Part shown: positions 1 to 9,537 of the stretch, piece by piece
Layout: each line of letters begins with the position of its first letter
How positions within the stretch are numbered: position 1 is the stretch's first letter
IMG/VR virus record: IMGVR_UViG_3300033412_000041
Length of the DNA stretch: 35,002 nucleotides
Source of the DNA: a virus
Reading direction: 5' to 3' (one strand)
Position numbers and translations under genes: made by a program
Notes under the pieces: model-generated
Databases searched by the model: none
The model's input: the letters and a program-made list of their open reading frames with translations, nothing else
What the model was told of the DNA's origin: nothing

Positions 1-95
1 AGCCATATCTCTAGCAAGTTCAACTCTTCCCCTTGGACCAGAATAAGAGGTTAAATCATCAGGATTAAGGTTATTTATTGTTTTAGACATATTTT
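1..95. repeat. Terminal overlap: 1-95 is identical to 34908-35002 (circular closure, unique genome 34,907 nt)
   Basis: Read directly. Both copies run agccatatctctagcaagttcaactcttcc...ttttagacatatttt. The repeat sits inside an uninterrupted minus-strand reading frame. Confidence 0.9.
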
Positions 96-792
96 TAGCA
101 AAAAGAGCTCTTTCTCTTGTTTTTGAATCAGTTATATCTTTTATCATTTTTCCTCTATACTGATCTTTAAGAGTTTTTTTCATATCTTCATCTATAGGAA
201 TTCCATTTCCATTTTGATCTACCGTACCTGGCATAAACCCTTTGTCAATATCATCCATTTCCATGAACATTTTACCAATTGGAGTAGCAGATCTTTTATT
301 TTGAGATCCCATCAAAGATCTTTGATATTCCATAGTTTGTTTTACTTTTTGTTGTTCTAAATCGTATGCATTCTTTGCGGACATGTATTGAGGGCTATTT
401 TCACCATATTGTTGTTTTATCATATCAATTGCTATTGATTTACCAGCTTCACCTGGTAATTGTCTTCCAGCAAATGGTAGTTTATTTAATATATTTAGAT
501 TATTTGTTTGTGCATTTTTCCACGCTGTTTCAGCTTCAGTTTTAGGTTTATATTGTTCTAACTCTAGACCTCTTAATTGATTCATTAACTGCTGTTGTTT
601 AAATTCCTCAGGGAACATTTGAGATTTTTGTTCACCTTGTTGTACTTTAAGTTGATTAAGTTTAGGAGCAAATTCATTATCTATTTGTGCACCATGTACC
701 TGTTCATTAAGCAATTGATTTTGACTCAATTTATTCAACTGATTCACTATTTGTGAACCTAGAGATTGGTATTCAGGTAATGGTAAAGACAT
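1..792 (-). CDS. Internal virion (ejection) protein, N-terminal 264 codons; the gene wraps the junction and continues as 34524..34907 (about 391 aa in total)
   Basis: ATG at 792-790 with AGGA 7 nt upstream. My translation MSLPLPEYQSLGSQIVNQLNKL... is open to base 1 and in frame with track ORF 34524..34997 (792-90 is divisible by 3). It is missing from the track because it has no stop within the window. Q/K-rich; occupies the T7 gp15-like position. Confidence 0.75.
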   Translation of the reverse strand, partial: MSLPLPEYQSLGSQIVNQLNKLSQNQLLNEQVHGAQIDNEFAPKLNQLKVQQGEQKSQMFPEEFKQQQLMNQLRGLELEQYKPKTEAETAWKNAQTNNLNILNKLPFAGRQLPGEAGKSIAIDMIKQQYGENSPQYMSAKNAYDLEQQKVKQTMEYQRSLMGSQNKRSATPIGKMFMEMDDIDKGFMPGTVDQNGNGIPIDEDMKKTLKDQYRGKMIKDITDSKTRERALFAKNMSKTINNLNPDDLTSYSGPRGRVELARDMA

Positions 793-800
793 AAATTATC

Positions 801-1484
801 CTATAATAAAGCTAAAAATGGTAATAATTGAGACATATTTATTCCACCACCTGAATTTCCTCCAGATGATCCACCTGATGATCCTCCACCAAATGGTATA
901 TTAGATCCTATACCTAATAATCCTGATAATATATTACTTAATTGAGATTGATTTGCCATACCAGCACCATATGCCGCACCTCCCATTTGATTACCTAAAT
1001 TATTATAAATGTTAGATAAATTATTTGCAGCACCTTGACCACGATTAATGTTCGTATTCAATCCTTGTCCATATTGATTATTAATTCCTAAAACATTTTG
1101 AAGCCATTGATCCATATCTTTAGATGATATATCTTGTGCATTTTGTTGTGATTGTAACATTAATGGAGTAGAACCTGATAATCCTGTAGCTGATCCAATA
1201 TTTTGAGCAGCTCTCATTCCTTGTTGTTGTTGATACTGAGCATATGGAGATTCTGAATATCCACCCATCAAATTATTGATGAATTGAGAAGGATCTGACA
1301 TTCCAGATAACCATTGTTCGTATTGTGGAATTGAATTTTTACCTGATTGATAAAAAGGATCCTGATATCCAGAAGATTTATCAGCATACTTTTTATATTG
1401 TTTCATAGCATCTTTATAGGAATCACCTCCGTTTCCGAATAATCCTCCAGCTATGCTTCCGAGACTACTAAATAAATCAGCCAT
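801..1484 (-). CDS. Gly/Asn/Gln-rich internal virion protein candidate (gp14-like position)
   Basis: 227-aa ORF. Low-complexity N/Q/G composition with a GGGSSGGSSGGNSGGG tail followed by a hydrophobic C-terminus. Lies between nozzle and ejection proteins. Confidence 0.55.
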   Translation of the reverse strand: MADLFSSLGSIAGGLFGNGGDSYKDAMKQYKKYADKSSGYQDPFYQSGKNSIPQYEQWLSGMSDPSQFINNLMGGYSESPYAQYQQQQGMRAAQNIGSATGLSGSTPLMLQSQQNAQDISSKDMDQWLQNVLGINNQYGQGLNTNINRGQGAANNLSNIYNNLGNQMGGAAYGAGMANQSQLSNILSGLLGIGSNIPFGGGSSGGSSGGNSGGGINMSQLLPFLALL

Positions 1485-1493
1485 ATAAACCTC

Positions 1494-1772
1494 TTATGTA
1501 AAAGTTATTGTTCTCCAACTGGAAGAACTAGATTGGTAGAACTGAGGTGCATCTACCGTAGTATTATATATTAATTGACCATTAACAGGCAATTGTATTT
1601 GATTTACTTGAGTTGTTGTTAAATTAGGCAATTTAAATCCATATTGTCCGATATAACTAATTAATGTATCCATCATTGTAGATAATGAACCAACCCAAAT
1701 ATCACTCAATAAGTCTTGTTTATTCTTTATAATAGGGTCATATAAAGGAAATAAATCAAAATCAACAGACAT
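1494..1772 (-). CDS. Small virion-associated protein (gp13-like position), function unknown
   Basis: 92-aa ORF packed 2 nt after the nozzle gene stop. Called on synteny only. Confidence 0.45.
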   Translation of the reverse strand: MSVDFDLFPLYDPIIKNKQDLLSDIWVGSLSTMMDTLISYIGQYGFKLPNLTTTQVNQIQLPVNGQLIYNTTVDAPQFYQSSSSSWRTITFT

Positions 1773-1774
1773 AT

Positions 1775-3799
1775 TTACTCCGGCATCACTTCAAATGACC
1801 ATGCGGCACCTAAAACCAAAAATGGAACTTGGTTAAAGAATTCAATTTTTGGAACAAATCCTTGTCCCCTTGGCACTGTCCCTAATTTACGCCAAACCGT
1901 TCGTGAACTACGTTCACCTGATTTACCCATCGTACCAGTTAATCTATTACCGAAAGATTGTCCACCATCTTTAGAGTAAGATAAATAAACTATAGGAGTT
2001 ATATTTCTGTTAACTTGTATATTAATTAAATTAGTAGGAGTTCCATTAGTTGTTAAATTTATATACGTATTTGAGATTGCATTAGCTCTAGTTGTTGCTA
2101 ATCTTATAGTATTATTAGAAACTACTATAACATAATATGTAGTAAAAGAAGCCAAAGGTTGTGGTAAAATTCCAGCAGAAGTTGAAACTGTAATAGGATA
2201 ACCTGTATATATTCCTGGTATTGAAGAAGATATATTTACTGTAATTAAGTCTGTTGCAGCGTCTGCTGTAAAAGATCTAGAGAATTCTTCTGTAGTATCT
2301 TGACCTTGCAAAATATCTAATTGAAATCTATCTATTCTTAATCTTCTGTAATCTGGAGAACAATATGGCCTCCCTATAATAATTCTAGGAATAACTTCAC
2401 CAGCATTTCTAGTTTCATTTGGATCAACCTCATAAAGTATATGAGTTAAATAATTCCCATAATAATTTTTACCATTAAAAAACGAATGTGTTTGAGCTAA
2501 ATGCCTTGATCCGTCTAATATTTGTTCCTCATGCCATCTTTTACCTTCTTCTGAAGAAGGATCGCTCATTGTTACATTATAAACATATGTATGATCAGCG
2601 GATGTAAAGTTTAATCTATAAAATATTATTCCATTTTCTTTTACTAATATCCCATCGGCATCAGTTATTTGATTTAATGCTGCATATTTAGCTAATTGAA
2701 AATCTAAGGCTCTATTACTTATTGGAACAGCCTGAGTTCCAAATACAGCCATGACAGCGCCTTGACCATCTTTATCTTTAGATAGAAAACACATCATATC
2801 AAAACTTGCTTTAACACTTGCAATTGATATTGTTCCATATTCAATCAATAATGAATTATTTCTACGAAAAGGTAAATTTGTTCCTATTCCATTATTTTCC
2901 CAAACTTCTGTAAAATTTTCTGCAAACAAAAATAATCTTCTATGCAAAGTTTTACATGCTTGAATAGTACCTGGATGAGAAGTAATAGAAGCTTGTTGTA
3001 ATTGTCCAAAATTTGATATTGACTGAGTTCCTGTTCCTGTTGTAGTGATAGATATTGGAGACCCACCTTTTGTAGAAGATAGCTGAATAGTATTTGCTCC
3101 GCTATTAACTGCAACAACATAATAAGTAGTTAATGCTGTTAATGGAGAAGGAAGTGCACCTCCAGTGTTAAACACTTCTACTGGAGTTCCTATTTGATAA
3201 TTTTGATAAAATCCTGCATTAGTTAATGTCAAATCAAATGTTGGTGGTGAAACAACCGTAAAATTAGTATTACTTACTCCCCAAATTAAACCTTGATTAA
3301 AACTAGATAATTGGAATGTATTTGTACCACCATTTGCTACTACAAAAAAACCGTCTAAATATGTAACATCAATAGGAGAAGCTGGAAATGATATATCCGT
3401 TATCTGTTCTATAGTATTTGTATCAGTATCATATATCCAACCATCTACTCCATCTACAAATATTACCTGAAATGTATTAGCATCTATTCCTACATATCCA
3501 GAATTTGTATTAATAGTCTGTAATCTACTTGCAACTAATGATGAATTTATTAAATATATTCCATCACCAATAACTGCATACATGTTGTTTTTAAATACAA
3601 ATTGTGCTCTAAAAGCGCCAGATCCAATAGATGGAAAATTTATTTCGGTATTAATTAAACCAGATGACTGAATAAGAACTTTTGGCTTCTTATCTCTTTG
3701 GTCTATATATTCAAAACAATTTATTATTCTTTCAGCATCTATGCTAGGATATCGCTGAGCATTAAATGATCCTACAATATCATAGTCAGATAATGACAT
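1775..3799 (-). CDS. Tail tubular protein B / nozzle (gp12-like) with two inserted copies of an approx. 60-aa fibre-type module
   Basis: 674 aa. The N-terminal pattern (...RIINCFEY...GLI...AFRAQFVFKNNMYAVIGDGIYLI...) and the C-terminal ...LSYSKDGGQSFGNRL...GERSSRTVWRKLG... resemble podovirus nozzle/stabilisation proteins from memory. Follows the adaptor gene. Confidence 0.6.
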   Translation of the reverse strand: MSLSDYDIVGSFNAQRYPSIDAERIINCFEYIDQRDKKPKVLIQSSGLINTEINFPSIGSGAFRAQFVFKNNMYAVIGDGIYLINSSLVASRLQTINTNSGYVGIDANTFQVIFVDGVDGWIYDTDTNTIEQITDISFPASPIDVTYLDGFFVVANGGTNTFQLSSFNQGLIWGVSNTNFTVVSPPTFDLTLTNAGFYQNYQIGTPVEVFNTGGALPSPLTALTTYYVVAVNSGANTIQLSSTKGGSPISITTTGTGTQSISNFGQLQQASITSHPGTIQACKTLHRRLFLFAENFTEVWENNGIGTNLPFRRNNSLLIEYGTISIASVKASFDMMCFLSKDKDGQGAVMAVFGTQAVPISNRALDFQLAKYAALNQITDADGILVKENGIIFYRLNFTSADHTYVYNVTMSDPSSEEGKRWHEEQILDGSRHLAQTHSFFNGKNYYGNYLTHILYEVDPNETRNAGEVIPRIIIGRPYCSPDYRRLRIDRFQLDILQGQDTTEEFSRSFTADAATDLITVNISSSIPGIYTGYPITVSTSAGILPQPLASFTTYYVIVVSNNTIRLATTRANAISNTYINLTTNGTPTNLINIQVNRNITPIVYLSYSKDGGQSFGNRLTGTMGKSGERSSRTVWRKLGTVPRGQGFVPKIEFFNQVPFLVLGAAWSFEVMPE

Positions 3800-3802
3800 T
3801 TT

Positions 3803-4543
3803 TTAGTACGCCAATATAGTCTGCCACCAAAAATATGGTGATGGAACTGTTAATATTGCGGAAGGACGTATAGTTAAATCTACTTCATTACCGCTCTTTA
3901 AGTTTTGTATATAATCTTGATATTTTTGTTCAGCAGTATCATTCCAATTACCTGATGGATAATATGATCTAAATTCACGAGCTAAAGCATATTTCAAAAA
4001 ACCATAATAATAAGGAGGTAAAGAAGTTAAATCTTCATTAGCAGATAATGAATTAATCATTGATTTAACTTGTATAGAACATTTATAAGGTTGATCAGGA
4101 GCGGGATAAACTGTAATAAAACTTTCTGTTGCTTGTTTATTTAAAAATATTAGTCCTGGTCTTGCTTGTAATTTTTGTAATCTAACTACATTATAATATT
4201 CTGCTTTGCTAACGACGTATAAAGGATATGTTATCGGTTGATTTGGATCGCTTTCAACGCTATAAGTCGCAAAAGTAAGGTCAACAACTCTATCTGCATT
4301 AATATCAGCAGGGATGAGGTCTGATATAGAATAGGTTTGTTGACCTACTACAAAATTAAAATCTAATGTAGTTAAATAAGAAATATATATGCTATCTGCA
4401 GAAAAACCATCAATAATCTCATTAATTATCTCTAATCCAGTAGATAACATCATGGCGTCAGGAGATTCACCAACGCCTAATTCACCTAATAGATATAAAG
4501 AAGAAACAATAAGATCATTTGTAGTTCTCGTAACCTGCGACAT
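3803..4543 (-). CDS. Head-tail adaptor / tail tubular protein A (gp11-like)
   Basis: 246 aa. N-terminal LIVSSLYLLGELGVGESPDAMMLSTGLEIINEIIDGF is typical of podovirus adaptors from memory. Lies between capsid and nozzle. Confidence 0.55.
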   Translation of the reverse strand: MSQVTRTTNDLIVSSLYLLGELGVGESPDAMMLSTGLEIINEIIDGFSADSIYISYLTTLDFNFVVGQQTYSISDLIPADINADRVVDLTFATYSVESDPNQPITYPLYVVSKAEYYNVVRLQKLQARPGLIFLNKQATESFITVYPAPDQPYKCSIQVKSMINSLSANEDLTSLPPYYYGFLKYALAREFRSYYPSGNWNDTAEQKYQDYIQNLKSGNEVDLTIRPSAILTVPSPYFWWQTILAY

Positions 4544-4551
4544 ATTTAATC

Positions 4552-4821
4552 CTATTTAACAGGAAATGCTTTCTCATCAATTCCTGCAGTTAATTTACGA
4601 CCAAATTCTTGCGCATGTTCTCCATCACTAACCATGCATGAATCAAATCGCATATATTTTTCATCTAAATTAACGGATGTTTTCATACCCATTGTTGCGG
4701 CCATAGCTTGGTGTTTCTTAACAAATGCATCATTTGCATTATGTTCAGATTGATACATTTTGTTCAATTTTCCTGACCGGCCTGCCTCTTTTCCTGGAAT
4801 CCCGTCGTATCTGTTCTTCAT
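4552..4821 (-). CDS. Small hypothetical protein in the head module
   Basis: 89-aa ORF with GAGGAAAG 4-5 nt upstream of the ATG at 4821. Overlaps the upstream ORF by 77 nt; an alternative ATG at 4758 would cut the overlap to 14 nt. Confidence 0.45.
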   Translation of the reverse strand: MKNRYDGIPGKEAGRSGKLNKMYQSEHNANDAFVKKHQAMAATMGMKTSVNLDEKYMRFDSCMVSDGEHAQEFGRKLTAGIDEKAFPVK

Positions 4822-4948
4822 AGTCTTTCCTCACATTTTTTGCTTCATTAGGGGTTTCAAACCATTCTCCTGATGCCAATAATTTGGCGTATTCCTCATC
4901 ATCTACTACCCTCATCGGATAGGTAGGATGGTAAATACAATTAATCAT
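4745..4948 (-). CDS. Small hypothetical protein downstream of the capsid gene
   Basis: 67-aa ORF. The N-terminal half (HPTYPMRVVDDEEYAKLLASGEWFETPNEA) looks like a conserved small phage protein; the tail is basic. Confidence 0.45.
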   Translation of the reverse strand: MINCIYHPTYPMRVVDDEEYAKLLASGEWFETPNEAKNVRKDYEEQIRRDSRKRGRPVRKIEQNVSI

Positions 4949-4960
4949 GAGAAAGTTCCT

Positions 4961-6172
4961 TTAAGATAAAAGTTTAACAGCATATTGTGGATGCCATTTA
5001 AATCCACAAAGCAAGTCAATACGCATATAGTTTTGATATGAGTTAATGTCACCACTTTGCGTAACAGCAAGAGATAAACCAGTTTCAGGATCAACAGATA
5101 CCGAAACATAAGGAACTTGCAACTTATAAAGAGGCGGACAAACAATATCTAAACCGCGTGATGGATATGCTACGTTAACATTGTAACTAGGAATCATCGT
5201 TACTACTGCATTATTAGGAATTGCATTTGTAACATTTTGTAAAGGAGAAGAAGTAGAACTAATAATACTTGGGCTAACAGTAATAGTTATGTTACCACCA
5301 CTATCAGAATTAGCAGCTGCCGTAACAACAAACTGCATATCTTGGCCTGTTCCAGCACGAGTTAACGGATTTGTGCTTTGAACACCAGCAATACTAATTA
5401 AGTCCCCAGGTAAAAAATAATTTGTTATAGATGCTGTTGCACCATCAAGTATAATTGTATTACCATTACCAACTGCGCCATTAACCAATAAAGCGTCGGC
5501 AGAATGTAACGTAGGACCAGCACCTGCAACGTGACGAACAATATTTTGAGATTGGAACACGTCAAAATATGATAAGTGACCAATTGCCGATTGACGTACA
5601 ATTTCTTCATTGAAAACTGGCGTAAATTGATTCAACAACGCGCCTTTTAATGAAGAACCATCACGAATTGTCATTGCCATGTATGCATCAGAAGAAATGT
5701 TTACACCTTGCTCTAATAGTTTTGCGCCTGCCAAATCAACAGTTGTATAACTATTAATTGGAGTACCTGCAGTACCGCTATAGAAGTATAAATCTTGCTC
5801 TGCTGCAGAGCAGATATCTCGTTCCATTGTAGAAATGATATCTTGAATTGCAGGCTGAATGAATAAACGTGAAAAATCTTCAATTTTTAAAGTAAGATCA
5901 GACACTGTATATGTAATTAACGCATGATATTGATGAGCAACTGTAATATTTTCTACAGTTTCAATAATATCTTGCGGTGTTGCGGTAGAACCATCGCCAA
6001 TAACAAAGTTGTTTTGACGACGAACTTGTAATGTATCGCCAATCTTATATCCAGATGAGGTAAAATCATCTTGATACATTCTACTTGCGGTCATCACAAA
6101 TGGTGCGTTATTAGCAAACATCGCCAAAGCCGTATTTGATACGAGTTGCGTGGTAATAAATTGATTAGGCAT
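4961..6172 (-). CDS. Major capsid protein
   Basis: The track ORF begins at a TTG (6187). An ATG at 6172 has GGAG 10 nt upstream. About 403 aa, directly after the scaffold gene. N-terminal MPNQFITTQLVSNTALAMF...YKIGDTLQVRR resembles P22-type coat proteins from memory. Confidence 0.7.
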   Translation of the reverse strand: MPNQFITTQLVSNTALAMFANNAPFVMTASRMYQDDFTSSGYKIGDTLQVRRQNNFVIGDGSTATPQDIIETVENITVAHQYHALITYTVSDLTLKIEDFSRLFIQPAIQDIISTMERDICSAAEQDLYFYSGTAGTPINSYTTVDLAGAKLLEQGVNISSDAYMAMTIRDGSSLKGALLNQFTPVFNEEIVRQSAIGHLSYFDVFQSQNIVRHVAGAGPTLHSADALLVNGAVGNGNTIILDGATASITNYFLPGDLISIAGVQSTNPLTRAGTGQDMQFVVTAAANSDSGGNITITVSPSIISSTSSPLQNVTNAIPNNAVVTMIPSYNVNVAYPSRGLDIVCPPLYKLQVPYVSVSVDPETGLSLAVTQSGDINSYQNYMRIDLLCGFKWHPQYAVKLLS

Positions 6173-6201
6173 TGAAATAAACTCCAATAATTGTTAAAAA
6201 A

Positions 6202-7005
6202 TTATCTACCCCATTTCTTTCCGTTATCTCTCATTTTTTTTCTGAGATCACCAACGGAAGTATTTTCATTAATATTTGTATTGCTTAGAGGGCTATTTTT
6301 TATAGAGCTTAATGTTTTACCAGATGATTGAGTTGATTTATTTCCACCATTTGATAAAGCAATAGCCAACTTCAATACTTCTCTTGATTGTTCAACTGGA
6401 GTTTTTTTAGATAATTCACGAAGTTTATCTTTATCTTTACCCAATCGATAAAGAACTTCTGCTGAGTTGATTCCAGGAATTCCATGCAAAATAACGGACA
6501 TATCACGCATCACTCCCGTGTAAGGAGAATCATCAGAATTAACGACTTCATCAAAATCTTCATATTTATCTGATTCGTTATCTAAATGATCTTGCCAAGC
6601 TTTATATTGCTTGCTTAAATGCTGCATTTGTTCAGCTTCTTTTGCTTTTTGTTCCTGCTCTTTCTGCAATTGTAATGCTCTAGCAACAGCAGCATATACA
6701 GGATCTTCATGTTGACTATTAGATGAATTTCCTTGAAATTGCTGTTCAGGATATTTAGGTTCTTGATAAGATCCTACACGAGATTGAACATCATTTAACT
6801 GTTGTTGCAACCTCTTAATCTCTTTCTTGTGACGCTTCTCCTGCATACCCAATTTTTTCTTTGCGTATTCAGGAAGTTCACTAGGTTCATTGCTTTCATT
6901 AGATTCTGTATTTTCTACCGGATCATCTGAAATACCTAAACTGTCATCAACTTGATCACTTAAAACAGATTTTTCTTCACCTGACATTTCTTGAGATTGA
7001 ATCAT
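6202..7005 (-). CDS. Scaffolding protein
   Basis: 267 aa, highly charged and Q/E/K-rich with predicted coiled regions. Sits between portal and capsid. Confidence 0.6.
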   Translation of the reverse strand: MIQSQEMSGEEKSVLSDQVDDSLGISDDPVENTESNESNEPSELPEYAKKKLGMQEKRHKKEIKRLQQQLNDVQSRVGSYQEPKYPEQQFQGNSSNSQHEDPVYAAVARALQLQKEQEQKAKEAEQMQHLSKQYKAWQDHLDNESDKYEDFDEVVNSDDSPYTGVMRDMSVILHGIPGINSAEVLYRLGKDKDKLRELSKKTPVEQSREVLKLAIALSNGGNKSTQSSGKTLSSIKNSPLSNTNINENTSVGDLRKKMRDNGKKWGR

Positions 7006-7021
7006 TATCTACACTCCACAT

Positions 7022-7092
7022 GGCAATTATTTTTTTGCCCCGAAGGTACGGCCCTTCGTAAGCCAATTAAGCAGATTTGGCCTAAATTCTGC
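7022..7092 (-). promoter_or_regulatory. Structured leader: three consecutive hairpins in the portal-scaffold intergenic region
   Basis: Stems read directly: GGCAA/TTGCC (7022-7039), CGAAGG/CCTTCG (7041-7058, GC-rich in an AT-rich genome) and GCAGATTT/AAAT(T)CTGC (7071-7092). No U-run follows on the sense strand. Confidence 0.45.
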
Positions 7093-7101
7093 TAATTAAC
7101 T

Positions 7102-7109
7102 ATTATACA
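7102..7109 (-). promoter_or_regulatory. Candidate -10 element (minus strand CTGTATAAT) upstream of the scaffold and capsid genes
   Basis: Perfect TATAAT (plus-strand ATTATA, 7102-7107) preceded by TG. No convincing -35 at 16-18 nt spacing. Confidence 0.3.
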
Positions 7110-7163
7110 GGAATGTAAATAAAAGTACATCGGCACATATAGCGATAAATATTTAATCAAATA

Positions 7164-9305
7164 TCACTTTGAATGCATGTCTGAAATTATTTTAGCCATC
7201 TTAGCTGAATAATCCATTTCAGCTTTTTGGTTATCCAATCCATGAGTCAAAGCAGATTTATGTAAGTTTAATTTATGATCATAAACATTTAACTCATTAT
7301 CCATTTTGTTTTTCTGTGCTTTTAGCATTAAATCAGCTTTTTTAAGTTCTAACTCTTGCATCTTAATTTTTAATTCTTCTTGCTTTTCTTGAATTTCAGC
7401 TTGTTTAAATTCCATTTCCATTTTCATCGCTTGCTCTTGCGGTGAAGGCGGTTGAAGAGGTAATTGTTTTCCTTCTTCTTTAGCCAAAATTTGAGGAGGG
7501 ACCATAGTTTTAAACCTTTCCGCAACCTGATCTCTGAATTGTATATCCAAATTCTGAGCCCATAAATCGGCCACCAAAGGAAAAGTTTGAGGATTAGCTG
7601 CAATAGTTTGTTGGAAAAACTCCAAAGCCATTTCTTTTTGTACTGCAAAACTAGGTCCGGAACTAATTTCAATATCATAATCACCGCCTTCAACCTTGTT
7701 TTCAATAGATCCATCAGAGTTTTGTTTGTTCAAAATAATATTTTTTGTTTTTCCATCTTTTTTTGTAACGATCATGTGACGTTCATCTTCACCAACAATA
7801 TGAGGAAGCAAATCTAATACTACACGACCACTTTGAGCTATAGCCTGTGATAAGTTATCGAATTGAATATAACAAGCCATAGAACCTTCTATTTTACGCT
7901 CACGACGTGCTTTACCAGATATGTCACGACCTTGAAGATCTTGTGCTTCATTGAAACCTAATATTTCACGCAAATCTTGTGCGGCGCTTTGTGATTCAGC
8001 TAAAAGCTCTTGAGATAACTGCCAAGCTGGTTGTTTAATTGGCATCTGTCCTGTCTTTGGATCTGGTTTAGCCATGAGAATTCCTATTTGCACATCAGGA
8101 TTTCTCCACATTTGTTCTTGTCCAACTATATTATCAGGAGTTCCAAGCCATTGTTCTTTTCGTCTATTTTTAATCTCTGTTGCTCGTTCTGAAAGCAAAA
8201 AGTTGATATATTTTTGAACGTCTCTTCCTTCATGAATAAAACTTTTAGTATATTGTCGTCCTTCTATTAATTCTGAATTACCATCAACAAATATGATAGG
8301 AAGATATTTAGAAGGCCATTCCGCAAATTCTAATATTCTATCTTTAATTAAATGATAACGCATTATTTTATAATCTTTTGTTCTTCTTTCTCCAACAACT
8401 ACAGGAATTAATTCTTTAATAATTTCTCTTACAGAGCTACTACTTTCTGCTATTTCTGACTTAAATTTAACCTCTGTTTTTTGTATTTCTTTCCATTCAT
8501 CTTCCGTGACAGATCTTCCATCAGATAACTTTAAAAGTTTTATATTAAACCAATTTTTAATAAAGTAATCACATAAAACTATATTTTCTCTTGTTTCCCA
8601 TTGAAAATCCAAAAATAATCTTGGGTCTGCATAAGATACGGGATTTATAATGTTAGGATATTCAGCTGAAAACTGATCCTTGCCGAATACATACTGATAA
8701 GCACAATAATCCCCATCTCCTTTATGTGGCTTTACAGCGGAAGGATCCCATGATGCTTTAGTAGCATCAGTAATCGTTTTATATTTTATAACCTTATTAA
8801 AGCTTCTTGGTGACTCATAATCAATATCTACTTGGAAAGCACCCCATCCCAAGAATAAAGCTGACCTAAAGGCTTGTTGATAGATTAAATCGTTTTGTGA
8901 TTCATAAGAAATTGACCTAACCAAATCTTCTCTTAAATTAATCTCTTCTTGAGAAGCTTTACCATTAATTGACCGAACCATTAAATCTGGGTTATTTTTA
9001 CGCTGTTCTCCGCATATTTTATTTACATTATCTAACATTTTGTTAGATTGCATACATACTTTAAATGTTCGTGTAAATTCTGTCCTTTCAATAGAACTCC
9101 ATTGATCACGAGTGGCAAACTTCATATCATCTTTGCCAGTGGTAATGTTTTCTGTGAAGTAATTATTCCAAATGTTTAGATTATTTTTTGCTTGAAACAA
9201 TACATCCTGCTCGTCTATTCCAGCTTCATTAAGTTCTTCAATGCGCTGTTCTTCTAAAGCATTTATTTCATCATCTGTTAAACCAACAGGCTGTATTGAA
9301 TCCAT
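7164..9305 (-). CDS. Portal protein
   Basis: 713 aa, the largest head-module ORF. Lies downstream of the terminase and upstream of the scaffold, with a long charged coiled C-terminal tail. Confidence 0.75.
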   Translation of the reverse strand: MDSIQPVGLTDDEINALEEQRIEELNEAGIDEQDVLFQAKNNLNIWNNYFTENITTGKDDMKFATRDQWSSIERTEFTRTFKVCMQSNKMLDNVNKICGEQRKNNPDLMVRSINGKASQEEINLREDLVRSISYESQNDLIYQQAFRSALFLGWGAFQVDIDYESPRSFNKVIKYKTITDATKASWDPSAVKPHKGDGDYCAYQYVFGKDQFSAEYPNIINPVSYADPRLFLDFQWETRENIVLCDYFIKNWFNIKLLKLSDGRSVTEDEWKEIQKTEVKFKSEIAESSSSVREIIKELIPVVVGERRTKDYKIMRYHLIKDRILEFAEWPSKYLPIIFVDGNSELIEGRQYTKSFIHEGRDVQKYINFLLSERATEIKNRRKEQWLGTPDNIVGQEQMWRNPDVQIGILMAKPDPKTGQMPIKQPAWQLSQELLAESQSAAQDLREILGFNEAQDLQGRDISGKARRERKIEGSMACYIQFDNLSQAIAQSGRVVLDLLPHIVGEDERHMIVTKKDGKTKNIILNKQNSDGSIENKVEGGDYDIEISSGPSFAVQKEMALEFFQQTIAANPQTFPLVADLWAQNLDIQFRDQVAERFKTMVPPQILAKEEGKQLPLQPPSPQEQAMKMEMEFKQAEIQEKQEELKIKMQELELKKADLMLKAQKNKMDNELNVYDHKLNLHKSALTHGLDNQKAEMDYSAKMAKIISDMHSK

Positions 9306-9315
9306 ACTTTAATCC

Positions 9316-9537
9316 TTAGCGTTTAAATAAATTAGTTTTTTCTTCTTTAACATTGTAAACTAATTCGCATAATTTGTTAATCATAGAACAAAATTCCGAT
9401 TCTGCGATAGATTTATTCACAAGTTTATTGTATGGTGTCCTGGTACTAGCAATTGTTCCGTCTTTCTTCATTGTCAATTGGAACATTTTTAAACCTGTTC
9501 TTGTATCAATAAATGTACTTGATAAAATTTCAATCAT
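9316..9537 (-). CDS. Hypothetical small protein
   Basis: 73-aa ORF overlapping the upstream ORF by 4 nt (coupled). Confidence 0.4.
   Translation of the reverse strand: MIEILSSTFIDTRTGLKMFQLTMKKDGTIASTRTPYNKLVNKSIAESEFCSMINKLCELVYNVKEEKTNLFKR

Noticed and set aside
2884-3120. Nested or antisense short ORFs inside large structural and packaging genes (2884..3120, 4945..5145, 5425..5610, 7424..7714, 7587..7817, 10254..10502, 10804..11013, 10817..11005, 11797..12069, 27380..27840, 28411..28641, 34121..34375)
   Set aside because: All are fully contained in longer, better-supported frames and have no independent signals.
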